From Paraspadella gotoi (lineage: Eukaryota; Animalia; Chaetognatha): a DNA stretch of 64,000 bases. Shown one piece after another: positions 26,629 through 40,327 of this stretch (position 1 is its first letter; every line of letters starts with the position of its first letter). The stretch lies in assembly GCA_051294375.1 (NCBI GenBank), contig CM119268.1:22331628-22395627 (forward strand). Direction: 5' to 3'. The position numbers and the translations under genes were made by a program. The notes under the pieces are model-generated. The model worked only from the letters and a program-made list of their open reading frames with translations. It did no database searches and was not told the DNA's origin.

Positions 26629-29600
26629 AAAAGGAACATTAGTAACAATACATTGTGCAATGTACAACAGAGATAAATGATTTAAACTAACAGTGAAATA
26701 AACATTTTAACATGAAACTACTTAATAAATAATTGAGTATAAAACAGTGAAATTGAAATGTGAAAGGAAAGAGAGAATTAAGTTTGGAAGATATTAATGT
26801 GTAAAGTGAAATTTAAGAATTAAGAAAGAGCTCAAAATGAGCTGGCCCCCTTTAAATCATTTATCTCTGTTGTACATTGCACAATGTATTGTTACTAATG
26901 TTCCTTTTTTCTTTTCTCTCTCTCTCTCTCTGATTTGTGAAAGTTCACAAACAATTTTTCTGTGACGCTGAAGAAGGCTTGTAACTAAAGCCGAAACATG
27001 TACGTCCTTATGTACTAATAAAATCGTTGTTGCAAATAAATTCAAACTTATTTCTACTAATCCAAACACAACGAAAAGAAAGGAAAATTCGCTATGCCTA
27101 AGAAAAAATATTAAAATCAATTATAAATGTTTTCAGGGTTCTCTCGCCTTTTTGGCAAAAAAAAAATTAAAATCAATTATAAATGTTGTTTTAAGGGTTC
27201 TCTTACCTTTTTGGCAAAACAAAAATTAAAATCAATTATAAATGTTGTTTTAAGGGTTCTCTTTCCTTTTTGGCAAAAACAAATATGAAAATCAATTATA
27301 AATGTTTTTTTTAGGGTTCTCTTGCCTTTTTGGCAAATAAAAATACTAAAATAAATTATAAATGTTGTTTTAAGGGTTCTCTTTCCTTTTTGGCAAAAAC
27401 AAATATCAAAATCAATTATAAATGTTGTTTTAAGAGTTCTCTTGCCTTTTTGCTAAAAAAAATATTAAAATAAATTATAAATGTTGTTTTAAGAGTTTTC
27501 TTGCCTTTTTGGTTCCCGTTTAGAGTAAGGCTCCTTGCTCTTTTGGTGAAAGAGCATGGTGTAGTGAAATAAATGGTTCGTAACTGGTTCACGCTTGAGT
27601 GGAAAACCTGGGGGGAACGACAGATAAATAATAGTAATGGTATTAATGAGTAATGATTGCGATCTTCAATAGTAATGGTAATATGCGATTTTATTCGATC
27701 AGAACAAAGTGGATTCAGTACATTCAAAATAAAAAAACATAGACTTAAATCTGAGCAAACAAAAAAACAATAGAATAGAAAAAGAATTAATTAAATTAAT
27801 AAGTTAAAAATTTAAATTTTTTTTTCATGTTGTAAAAAATGGAACTAGTTTCTGCAGAACTGTATTTTTTAATGTATGAATCTTCGTGATAAAGGTTTTC
27901 CTGCGATTATTAAAAATTGTAGCTTGGTCTTAACAAATGATTGTTTTTAAAATCGGACACGTTTCGACTCTTAAGGTTCGAGTCTTCATCAGCATTTGAT
28001 TTAACACAATGCCAAACATAATAATAAATAATCGATTAGAAGCACCCATTCTCACTAAGGCAGCAATGTCGCTGTCGTATTAACCCGAAGTAATTTTAAC
28101 AATCCGCGACATTCAGCATTTGTCACAGTCTCAGTCGTTCAGTATTGGTCACACCACGCAGCGAAATGTCTCTACCTGCAGCAACTGCTCTCTTGGCAAA
28201 ATCATCGTCTTCACCACCCCATGCCCAAAATAGATTTGAAAATCCGTTCATGGATTCGTATTGAGTCTTGGTTGTGGCGACGACTCCGCCCAGCATCATA
28301 CCGTAATCCATTCTTGAGGAGGGGGGGAAATAATTAGGGTATTGTAAAAGTGGGCATCGTTGATACCGCCACTGCATCAACTCCCCTCGACCAACCTGTA
28401 TCGTAAGGTATCCACGTAAGCTCCAAAGTGTTTGGGTCCTTCATCGTCGCATCGATACAGAATCCTTTCGTCTTCAGGGATGAGATCGATATCGTGGAAG
28501 AAGAAGCAGTCGATGTCAGGTCTAATCGAACGCGCCTTCATGAACCCCACGTTGTAGAGTTTTCCTTTGGGGGAAAAAGATTTGGAAGCGGGAAGAGGAT
28601 ATTCAATTTTTCTTTCCTGGATGATGTTCTTTGATATGAACAAGCGGTATAGGGATATTTGTCATTAAGAGTACACTAGCTTTGTAACAGATAATACAGT
28701 AATAAAGCTGCGTGTATATTTTAACGTACTCGTAGGATAACATGATTTATTTGCACATTTAAGAAAGGAAAAAGAAAAAAAGGGGAGAGGGAAAGAAAGT
28801 TTATGCGTTGATATCGGACAAATGAACAGTGTTTTTCAAAAGCCTCAGGTAAACATAGTTTTTATGGTGGACTAAAATTCGCCAACCGTTCATCAGCGGC
28901 CATTGGTGCAAGAGGCAAGTTAATTGCCTCCCCAACTCAAAGGTCCGGGGTTAAATCCCGGTGGTCGCCCAGCAGTTAAGAGGGACGGGGCGCTTAACCC
29001 GCCTGTAACACGGTGAAACAGCCTGATCCGAAGCTCTGGGACTGCCTATATTGAACGGTTTTGTCATTAACTCATAACAATAATCACTGTATTTTTATTT
29101 GGTTCCTTTATTGAATACCTTAGCAAGATATTTTCCTTGCTCCATTCCATACCTTTATTGAATGCCTTAGCAAGGTCTTTTCCATGCCACACCCCATACC
29201 TTTATTGAATGCCTTAGCAAGGTCTTTTCCATGCCACACCCCATACCTTTATTGAATGCCTTAGCAAGGTCTTTTCCATGCCACACCCCATACCTTTATT
29301 GAATGCCTTAGCAAGGTCTTTTCCATGCCACACCCCATACCTTTATTGAATGCCTTAGCAAGGTCTCCCCCTTGTTCCACAACAAATATTTGATAATCGA
29401 TTTTTTGTCGTTGAAGAAAAGGATTAATGACGCTGAGAAAAATACGAAGATGCTCCTCTCGATCTCTGATGAATAAAAATTGTTAAAAATGTCGAATTAT
29501 TTGTCTAATTAATGTTAATAATCTTTATCACTAATTTATACTTTTTAGTTTTTAATAAGATAAAGTATTTGAAACAAAACGCAGTTATGTAATGTATTAT

Positions 29601-31167
29601 TAAAATGCTTTAAAGCGCTTCTATTACCTGTAGGTTATAACAATCGCGACTTTATTTTTAGAATGGCAATTTTTGGGTTTGTGAACGCCTCCCATTTCCG
29701 TGTTTTGCCTGAAAAATTGCAACCTTTATTTTGGTGACTGTTCAGGTGTACACAGTCTTGACTTAAAGATTGCAGTGTCTTGCAATGAAATAAAACCAAT
29801 GTAATAATTATCCATTCATTAACAAACATCCCTGATTTTGGATAGTCTATGCCTATGGCGAGTTATGGTCTCCATTCCTTTTACAAGATGATGCACCGTT
29901 CCTCTAAAACTTTCGCTACTTTAACTCTACTTTGGCTCCACCGTTTTCTTGCTTTATACCTCCACGGTTCTTTGTCCTTCATCTGCACGCCAGGTTTCTT
30001 GATGGCCAATTGCCAAGACCTGAAGTCTTTGTAGCCCATTCGCTGCCACAATGGACCTGGAAAGTTCTAAATATCTCTTAGCCTGTGTTTAACAGCGGAT
30101 GATCTTTGAATTTAATTCATGATATCTTTTTATATATGAAATGAGAGTTTAGCAATTTTTTGTTTCATTCTATTTTAATTTTAGTCTTGAGTCTTGGTTT
30201 AAAGTTAGTGTAAGGATTGACTGACCTAGAGTAACATTGAGTACGACGCAATCGGGAAAGCTTTGATTCATTGGGAAGAGGCGACTTGGCTCAACTGCGA
30301 GAGAAAGGCCTGTTAAAGAAGGGCCTGATGGAGCGAGGCCTGCTTGATCGCTGCCTGGTGGGGTATATTCGGCTGTGGAATTGCCTGTTGGAGCGTTTCG
30401 GGTATTAAGAATGACTAAGTTTTGAAATCGTTCACAAATGAAAAAAATTTAAAAAATAAAGAAAAAGAGACAAAAAGAAAAAAGAAAAAATGAATAAAAA
30501 AAAAGAAAAAAGAGAAAGAACAGAAAAGAAAACAGAAAAGAAGATAAAAAAAATTAAACAAAAACAGAAAATAAAATAGAAAAGAAAACAGAAAAGAAAA
30601 CAAAAAAAAGAAAAAAAATAGAAAAGAAAAAAAAAGGAGAGAAAAGAGAAGAGAAAATAGAAAAAAACAGAAAAGACAGAAAAAAAAACAGAAAAGAAAA
30701 CAGAAAATAAAAAAGAAAAGAAAGAAATTTACCTGAAACTCGTAATAAAATCTCACGCTTGGATTGATGAGACGTGAATTGCAAAATGTTTTTTTCGATG
30801 AGAATCACTGGTGAATTAAGAAAGAAAATTGATTGAGAAAATCTTGAAAACTTCCTTCCCCCGTTTTTTGTTCGGCCCCAATTTTTTAAAAACGCCCCAT
30901 TTCTGCTTTTACTTTTAAAATTAAAAATTAGAGTTAAGGATTAGCTTTTGGATTAGGGTCACAGATTAAGGTTTTTGGTTAAGGAATTGCATTTGGGATC
31001 ATAGTTTAGGACTAGGGCTAGAAATTTAAAAAAAATTAAATTAAATTTATAAATTAAAAAAAAACAGAAATGTATCCGTTTCGTAAATTAGTGCCCTTAG
31101 TTCGCTCACCTGTCGTTAGAATTATAGAAATTTTTAAGATTCGAACGTTTGTCAATTTCCCGAACAT
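25937..31167 (-). CDS. GT7 family beta-1,4-galactosyl/GalNAc-transferase-like gene, copy D (complete)
   Basis: MFGKLTNVRILKISIILTTVILI start at 31167. Exons ~31167-31110, 30807-30733, 30414-30227, 30056-29960, 29708-29628, 29465-29341, 28564-28396, 28313-28177, 27607-27505 (GC donor), 26081-25937. Motifs IVITYRDR, FHDIDL, FWAWGGEDDDF, YTMLFH, SDGLNTL. Confidence 0.88.
26289..27099. mobile_element. Non-autonomous Penelope-like element with ~130 bp inverted hammerhead-bearing ends and 14 bp TSD
   Basis: Inverted repeat 26285-26415 / 26931-27061. Direct repeat AAGAAAAAATATTA at 26275-26288 and 27100-27113. No ORF. Confidence 0.8.
26964..27006 (+). ncRNA. Minimal type I hammerhead ribozyme (intact core)
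   Basis: GACG-CUGAAGA-A-GGCUU(guaacua)AAGCC-GAAA-C(au)G-UA^CGUC. Helix I GACG/CGUC, helix II GGCUU/AAGCC, palindromic helix III ACAUGU; predicted cleavage after 27002. Confidence 0.8.
27115..27512. repeat. ~59 bp tandem repeat spanning the exon/intron junction of GT7 copy D
   Basis: Seven units, each containing minus-strand CAAAAAG|G(C/T/A)..AG donor-like sequence. Confidence 0.9.
27952..27996 (-). ncRNA. Minimal type I hammerhead ribozyme motif (core intact, weak helix I)
   Basis: Minus strand AAUG-CUGAUGA-A-GACUC(gaaccuuaa)GAGUC-GAAAC-GU-GUC^CGAUU. Confidence 0.7.
28865..29092 (+). mobile_element. tRNA-like structured element copy (intron of GT7 copy D)
   Basis: Full-length match to the family. 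Confidence 0.8.
29105..29365. repeat. 47 bp tandem repeat duplicating a splice donor of GT7 copy D
   Basis: Units start at 29105 (degenerate), 29152, 29199, 29246, 29293 and 29340 (partial); minus-strand unit GACCTTGCTAAGGCATTCAATAAAG|GTATGGGGTGTGGCATGGAAAA. Confidence 0.95.
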
Positions 31168-31301
31168 TTTTTGTGTTTTTTTTTATCATGAAATTTCGTT
31201 CGATTCGATCAATCAATCAGTTATGAGATTTTGATCAAAGTATTTTGTGTCGTTTTTCTTTTTTTTTTTTTTTGTTCATACTGCTTTTCCTTTTTTCTCG
31301 G

Positions 31302-31335
<34 letters not shown>

Positions 31336-31912
31336 CGACGACGTTCAAACCCAAAACTTGAATTTGATTCGGGTTTTTTAATTGGATACCAAAACATTTT
31401 TTCAATATCCTGTTCCTTCGTTTGTTTGTTTTTTTTTTGTTGTGGTTGTTGTTTCTTTTCTTTTTTTAATCCCAATTCCGAGTTAAATCCAATAATTTTC
31501 TATTTATAGCATCGAAGGAAACGGATTGATCGTGTAAGAAATTTTGGGTAAATTTTAAGACAGTTGGGCCTGAAGGAGATTTGAAAACGATAGTAAATTT
31601 TAACTTCTAAACTAACGAAATTATAACGCTTATAAAAACGGTTGAATAATCAAACGAGTTGAATATTAAATATTAAATAATGGCGACTTTGTCGATGAAT
31701 ATGACGCATGCGAAGAGGGAGAGAAAAAGGAACAGGTTACAAAAACTAGTTTGACGAGATCATCTAGATTCGAATGACCACGTGGTCGTCGGTCACAATG
31801 ACCCTCAGGATTTTGTCATCGGTCAGGATCTCGGGTCGACCGACTAAAGTGGTCGAGACTCAGGAACTGATATCCTTTTTTTTTATTATTAAAAATTTAG
31901 AAAACGAAAGTG

Positions 31913-32345
31913 TTTTAGTTGCGCCGCAAGTACTCGCGGAGTAATTCTATACTTTATAGTCTATAAGTCACTTTTCGGTCGGTCTGTCGGTTGGTCCGTC
32001 AGTATGTCTGACCGTCGTTCTGTCCCACTTACGTTAAAATTGTATATAAATTATATTATATTATATTATATATTATTATATTATATTATATTCATTTTTA
32101 ACGTAAGTGGGACATATTATAATATTTATATATATAGTATAATTCGCCTATAGTTACTTGCTCATTTGTTCAGACAGGAAAAAACCTCGAATTTAAGGGA
32201 CTCCGAGCGCCGCCTTCAGGAAATCCTAAAACTATAAAGAAAAAAAGACGTAATTACGTGTGTCTCAATAAATACATGGGCTAAAAAAGTAGTCATGTCA
32301 TGTCACGTCACGTCATGTCTCATCATGTCATGTTACGACGAAATA
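31913..32345 (+). mobile_element. Helentron-associated (DINE-1/HINE-like) element; relatives at ~3742-3950, ~20420-20570, ~37400-37570
   Basis: Conserved start ttttagttgcgccgcaagtactcgcggagtaa, a (GTCN)n microsatellite tract and a shared gtcatg-rich end. Confidence 0.55.
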
Positions 32346-32754
32346 CACAGTGATAAGGCAGTCACTGCGACGCAACACATTTTGAATTACGATTCTTGTT
32401 TTTTTGTTTTTTTTTTGTTTTGTTTTCTTGTATTCCTCCTTCTCTTTCCTTTCCTCCTTCTCTCTCCCCCTTCTCCCCTCTCCTTTTCTCCTCTCTCTTC
32501 TTCTCTCTAACTAATTTTCCTCCCTTCCCTCTCTTTTCATCCTCCCTCACTTCCTCCTCTCTCCCTTCCTTCCTCCCATCTCTTCTTCCTTCTCTCTCCC
32601 TTCCTCTCTTCCCCTCCCCTTCTTCCTCTTCTCTTCCTTCCAAATCCTCTTCCCCCCTCTCTCTCCTCCTCCTCTTTCTCTTCCTACTCCCTCCTCCCAC
32701 CTTTCTCTCCCCTTCCTCTTCCCCCTTCCTTTCTTCCTCCGCTCTCTCCCTCAG

Positions 32755-34681
<1,927 letters not shown>

Positions 34682-34772
34682 AAAAAGGATCGAATTTGGA
34701 GGCAGAAAAGAGAAATCCGGCGACAAAGCATTTCATGTTCGAAGAGGAAGGGATGGCGGAGAATGAGGAGGA

Positions 34773-34841
<69 letters not shown>

Positions 34842-34845
34842 GAGA

Positions 34846-34881
<36 letters not shown>

Positions 34882-35676
34882 CTCATCAATTAAGATGATA
34901 ATAATTATCTTATATATTATAAACGAAAGAGCGCGAATCCATATTTTTTTAATTTGTTTTTAAAAAATGAAACAAAAGACTGAATCCATAATTTGTTTGT
35001 TTTTTTGTTTGTTTTTTTTGATTTGTTTTTTAAAAAATGAAACAAAAGACTGAATTTGTACATTACATTTTTAAAATCCCAGCCGAAAATTTTGGATCCA
35101 AAAACTTGTTCACTGGACGAATTAAAGGAGGAAATTCTCTTGCCTCTCGTTTTGAAGGTAATCAATTGTTAATGAACAGTGAACAGTGAACAGTGAACAG
35201 TGAACCTTGTTGTTTCTTGCTCGATTGATTATAAACATTGATTTATGACTTTAGTAGTCCTATTTAGGCGAGTGATTTTGAATCAATTGCTGAGAAAGTT
35301 TTAAAAAAAGACGCAAATTGATCTTTTTTAAAAGTCGCAGAAATATACAAATCAAGTCGAACAAAAAAAAACACTTTTTTGTTTTAATGACGAAGATCGA
35401 CTTTTGACTTTTGGATTTTCAAGTTTAAAATGAAAAAAACAAGGAACTATGTTGTACTTTGAGCGTGACCAAGCTAACGTCTTTGACTGTATACTATACT
35501 ATACTATGTTATACAGTGTATAGTGTATACAATATCTTATGTGTTTTGTATAGTTTTATTCAATTAAGGTTAGTCTTTTTTCAGTCTAATTCCAGCATTT
35601 TTTAATGTGAAATTTACGAAAAAATATGTTAATTAGGTTTATAAAGTGAGTGATAGAGTGAATAAATAAATTGCAA

Positions 35677-35783
<107 letters not shown>

Positions 35784-36317
35784 ATGAATGAATGAATGAA
35801 TGAATGAATGAATGAATGAATGAACGAATGCATTATTGATTGAGAAAGAAAGAAAGTAAGAGAGCGAGCATTAATTCAAAATCCTAAACAAAGCAATTAA
35901 TTGTTCTCCTTTTACTCCCAAATTTCTACTCCCGTCCGTAGCACGTTGGCGAGCTCCTTTATCTCCTTCGCCACGAAGAATTCTTTTCTCGGAAAAGAGG
36001 AAAAGTGAATCCTTGCGATTTTCTGGCCTTCAGACTTTTCATGCACAATCCGCGACATCGTGACAGGATGAAGGTGAGGAAAACCGTTGGGGAATGAGAC
36101 TTACCTTTTAAAGGCGAAGGCGCTAAGTGGGCTGAAGAGGGCGATCAGAAAATTCTTGTGAGTGATGAGAGAGAAACTTGTTTTGATACTTGACATGACT
36201 TAAAATTGGAATTCAAGTCAAGTGAATGAGCGAAGGATTATATTTATTAAAAATAATTTGGATAACTAGGGATTAGGTAAATTTGCTAAAATTATACTCG
36301 TTTTTTAATGTTTTTTT

Positions 36318-36435
36318 AGAGGTAATAACGAAAAATCCGTTGTAACAGCAATTTAGTTTTTATTATTGCTGTTACAACGGATTTTTCGTTATTACCTCTA
36401 AACTAATTCAAACAGCAAAAAGAAAGTCAAAATAC
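36318..36435. mobile_element. Short foldback (truncated Penelope-like terminus, no ribozyme core)
   Basis: Inverted repeat ~36315-36352 / 36366-36402, tail caaacagcaaaaagaaag, flanking direct repeat AATGTTTTTTT. Confidence 0.55.
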
Positions 36436-37488
36436 AATGTTTTTTTTTAAAAATAGTAAATAAGAATTGCGAGTTGTTTAATCGCTAGATATATTTAAAT
36501 AAGAATGTGAAAAGTCTCGAAAAGTAACCCAAAAAATATGACAGTGAGAGACGAATGAAAATAATTAAAAGTATTCAAAACATATGATAAAAACCATTGC
36601 GAGACTTTAAAAGAAATTGATTTCTAAATCAAAACAGATTAAACTTTTTTTTTAAATATGCGTTGTTTGCGTTTGTGTCTTTTCATTGGAGGAATTTTTG
36701 ATTCTTCTATTTTTGTTTTTTCTTGTCTTTTTTCTGGACAGTAAAATTATTCTATTATTAAAAATAATAAAATGACTTTATTATTATTTTTTTTTAAATA
36801 ATACTTTTCATTATTAATCAAAGAGAACTTGATTAAGAAACAAGTTTGAGCAAACAATGTCGGATCTGCCTACGATAATTAAGCGGTAATCAGCTAATCA
36901 GATGATAATTTAATTTTTTTAAATCGCATCATTTTTTTCAACTCGCATCATTTTTTTCAACTTGCATCATTATTTTAACTTGCATAATTTTTTTAACTGG
37001 CATCATTTTTTAATTTGCATCATTTTTTCATATTAATTAATTAATTAAAACATTTATTAGTAAACGTAAATAATAAAGATTAAAGTAATTGTGACTTATG
37101 TTTTTTCCATTTAAACTGATTTCCACTGGCACATTCCATCAAAAACTTAATATCTAGCTTTCTTAACACACTTTCCTACGCCGCACACAAAATTTCATCT
37201 CAATCAATTAATTCAATTATAATTAATTTGTGTAATTATGGGTTAAAACAAGTAAAAAGATTTCAGTAAATGTGACTCATATTTTTTTTCATTTAAACTC
37301 ATTACCACTAGCACGTTTCCAATGAAACTTTATATCAAGCTATATCCAGCTTCATTACACACTTTCCTACCCACACACAAAATTTCATTCCAATCCAGCC
37401 ATCCAATCACGAGTAATTGGAGCTTTTTGCTAAGGCGTTCCGGACGGACGGACATGGTTTTTTTTTTTTTTTTTTTTTGCATAATTTA

Positions 37489-38434
37489 TCATAATTCGAT
37501 GTTTTGACATGATATAAGTGAGTGCCCGACAAGATTGAGGGGACGGACCGACGGACCGACAAAGTCAATTATAAAAATCGTATCGACACAGGCGTCCTCA
37601 TTTGGAGCTATAATTTTTTTAAAGAATAGCTTGAATAATATTAGATGTATAATTATATAATTGATAATAACAACATTGGATCACCTCTGAGCCAAGGAGG
37701 CACATCCGGTTCTTCGATCTTGACTTGATCCGGTTCGACTTCCTCTTGTCTTCGCCAACGAGGAAATCCCGACTCTTCAATCTTCACTTGGTTTTGTCTT
37801 CTTTCTGATTTTTAAATATTAGGTTTTTTTTTAAATTTCACATTAACTTAGCTTAAAATGTCCAAATTGTTAAGCATTACCTCTCAGCCATGGAGGTATA
37901 TCCGGTTCTTCGATTTGTTCCTGCTTTTGTCCTGGAGTAAAGCATATAAAGCAATAAAGCATGAGAGAGAGAAGCACGGATCATAAAATGTACAAAAAAA
38001 TGAACACTGTAAAAAGAAATATATGGTTTAAAGTTTTGTGATAATTATTTTAGAGATATTGAGGAGACAGTGATAAATGTTATGTGTTAGTGACAGAACC
38101 GTTCAATATAAGCAGTCCCTGAGGTTCGGATCAGGCTGTAACACCGCGGGTTAAGCGCCCTGTACCTCTGGGCTAGAACCTCTGGGCTAGAACCCCGGAC
38201 CTTTGGGTTGGAAGGCGAATGACTTGCCTCCAGCACTAATGGCCGCTGATGAACGGTTGGTGGATTTTAGTCCACCATAATATTTAACTTACCGACGACG
38301 CCACAATATTTATAATTAGACATTTTATGCATATTAATGGTATATCAGATCAATTTTTTCTCTCAATCTTTACCTGAAACGACGACGACGACGACGACGA
38401 AGACGTAAACAAGAAACAGAGAAACGAATTTCAT
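37489..38434 (-). CDS. Small secreted repeat-peptide (neuropeptide-like) precursor
   Basis: Exons 38434-38374 (MKFVSLFLVYVFVVVVVVVSG, signal peptide), 37931-37881 (QKQEQIEEPDIPPWLR) and 37804-37685 (ERRQNQVKIEESGFPRWRRQEEVEPDQVKIEEPDVPPWLR), all phase 1. Last exon uncertain (from 37607). TATTTAAA ~55 nt upstream. Confidence 0.65.
38063..38278 (-). mobile_element. tRNA-like structured element copy (intron of the peptide precursor gene)
   Basis: gagacagtgataaatgttatgtgttagtgacagaaccgttc...ggtggattttagtccacca. Confidence 0.8.
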
Positions 38435-39907
38435 TTTGATTTTGATTTTTGATTTTTTACTGTCCAATTTGATGACCCGACTTCTTTTAAATAGTCTGTA
38501 TTTGATACAGTGAGGAATGCTAATATCGAAAATATTTTGAATTATTACTTTTACTGTTTATTCTATCAATAATTGTATTTCAACCTAGCCAGTCCTTGGG
38601 CATTAAACGGTCTGACTGTAAATGTGTACAGTCGAAATAAGGATTTGAATTCTAAAACAGAACTTTCGTTTCAAGCGAACTTCACAGTCCTCTCCCTCCC
38701 CAAGCACCCCCCCCCCTTTCTCACTCAATCGGCGTCTCTTGAATTTAATCCCGAGATTTTTTTATGGCGTCAAAAAATGGATCGAGTGAATCTCACGTCT
38801 CGTGATTCATAGCGTTTCGCTATTCACAAAAACAAAATGATACGTTTGTGGTGTGAACTGTTTTCACAGGTGCTGATTTTAAACTTGATCAATTGATAAA
38901 CTGAATTGATATGAAATTGTTAAAATTACTATAATTTTTTTAAAAAAATTACTAATAAAACTTAAATATTATTATTAATTATTTCTTCAATAATTAAGCT
39001 ATCTTGTCTCTGACTTTGGACAGGCTTTGGTGGTTTAAGGCCTCCATCACCCTTACAAGATAATAACTTACCAAGAACCTGCAAGCTTTCAATCCAGAAT
39101 CTTTCACGGTCTCGTTTATTCACTTCATAGTACTTCACTTTTGGAAATCACTACTTCATTTGATTACCAAAACAACTATTATAGATAATATTTATAATAC
39201 AGATATATCGTGAATAAAATTCAGTCCCGTCGATTCGATACAGTGAGTCCAAATATCCGAATCCTTAAATCTCTTAAATCCTTTAAATCTCTTAAATCCT
39301 TTATAAATCTCTTAAATCCTTTTTTAAATCTCTTAAAATCCTTTAAATCCCTTAAATCCAAAGTCAGGTTTTTCGATATGACGGAGCGAAAAAAAAATCG
39401 TCTACGAGTAAATCTTCTTGGCGACGATCGAGTTGAACTAAATTATAGTTAAATATTAATTAAATCGAAAGTTTAGAGAAAAGGAAAATTTTAAATAGTG
39501 AAGATATTTTGTTTTAAGCTTATATTAATTACGAGCCTCGATTTTTAATCTCGCTTTTACTTTCACGTGGTGTGTCGAATCCACTCCTGTAACCACAATT
39601 TAGTAAGTGAACAGGGTGATTCGAGACGAAATCAAGTAGAATTGATTTCCTTCAGAATACAGCACATAAAACAAGACGGTGTCAATATTTTGGGCAGAGG
39701 GAATCAATACAGGTTTGGGTTTCTTTTATACAGGTTCATCGGATCGGAGGTAAGGATAAAATTCACCGGCCCTTTGTTCATTGGCTGGCGCCATTTGTTC
39801 ATTGGCCAATGAGAATGTTCCATTCTACTTCCGGCGGAGTTTGCTCGCGTCGCCGAGCCGATTTCGATTTTGGAGTCTCGATTCCTCTGCGATGCTCTGA
39901 CTGCTTC

Positions 39908-40040
<133 letters not shown>

Positions 40041-40077
40041 TCCTCTCCCTCTCTCTCTCCTCCCTCCCTCTCCTCAG

Positions 40078-40295
40078 GTCCGCCCTCTCCCCAAATGCAT
40101 CGCCGGATGTTCATTTTTTCGACTCGATCTCCGATCGTCGACCGCAGCTGCTCCTCCGACGGCCAACGACGGAACAACTTCTCGAGGAAATCTTGGCTTC
40201 GGGGATGATGGCGGGACCCGGCGACGAAGAAGACGACGACGATGTCGCCGATTATGATGCCGAAGCCGGTCGAGGGAGGTGAAGAGAGAGATGAG

Positions 40296-40327
<32 letters not shown>

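Noticed and set aside
29105-29365. CRISPR-like regular array
   Set aside because: Units are identical head-to-tail with no unique spacers, in a eukaryotic context with no cas genes.
35915-36200. Short minus-strand ORFs/exons (MSRIVHEK.., MSSIKTSF..)
   Set aside because: Under 60 aa, inconsistent frames and no motif.
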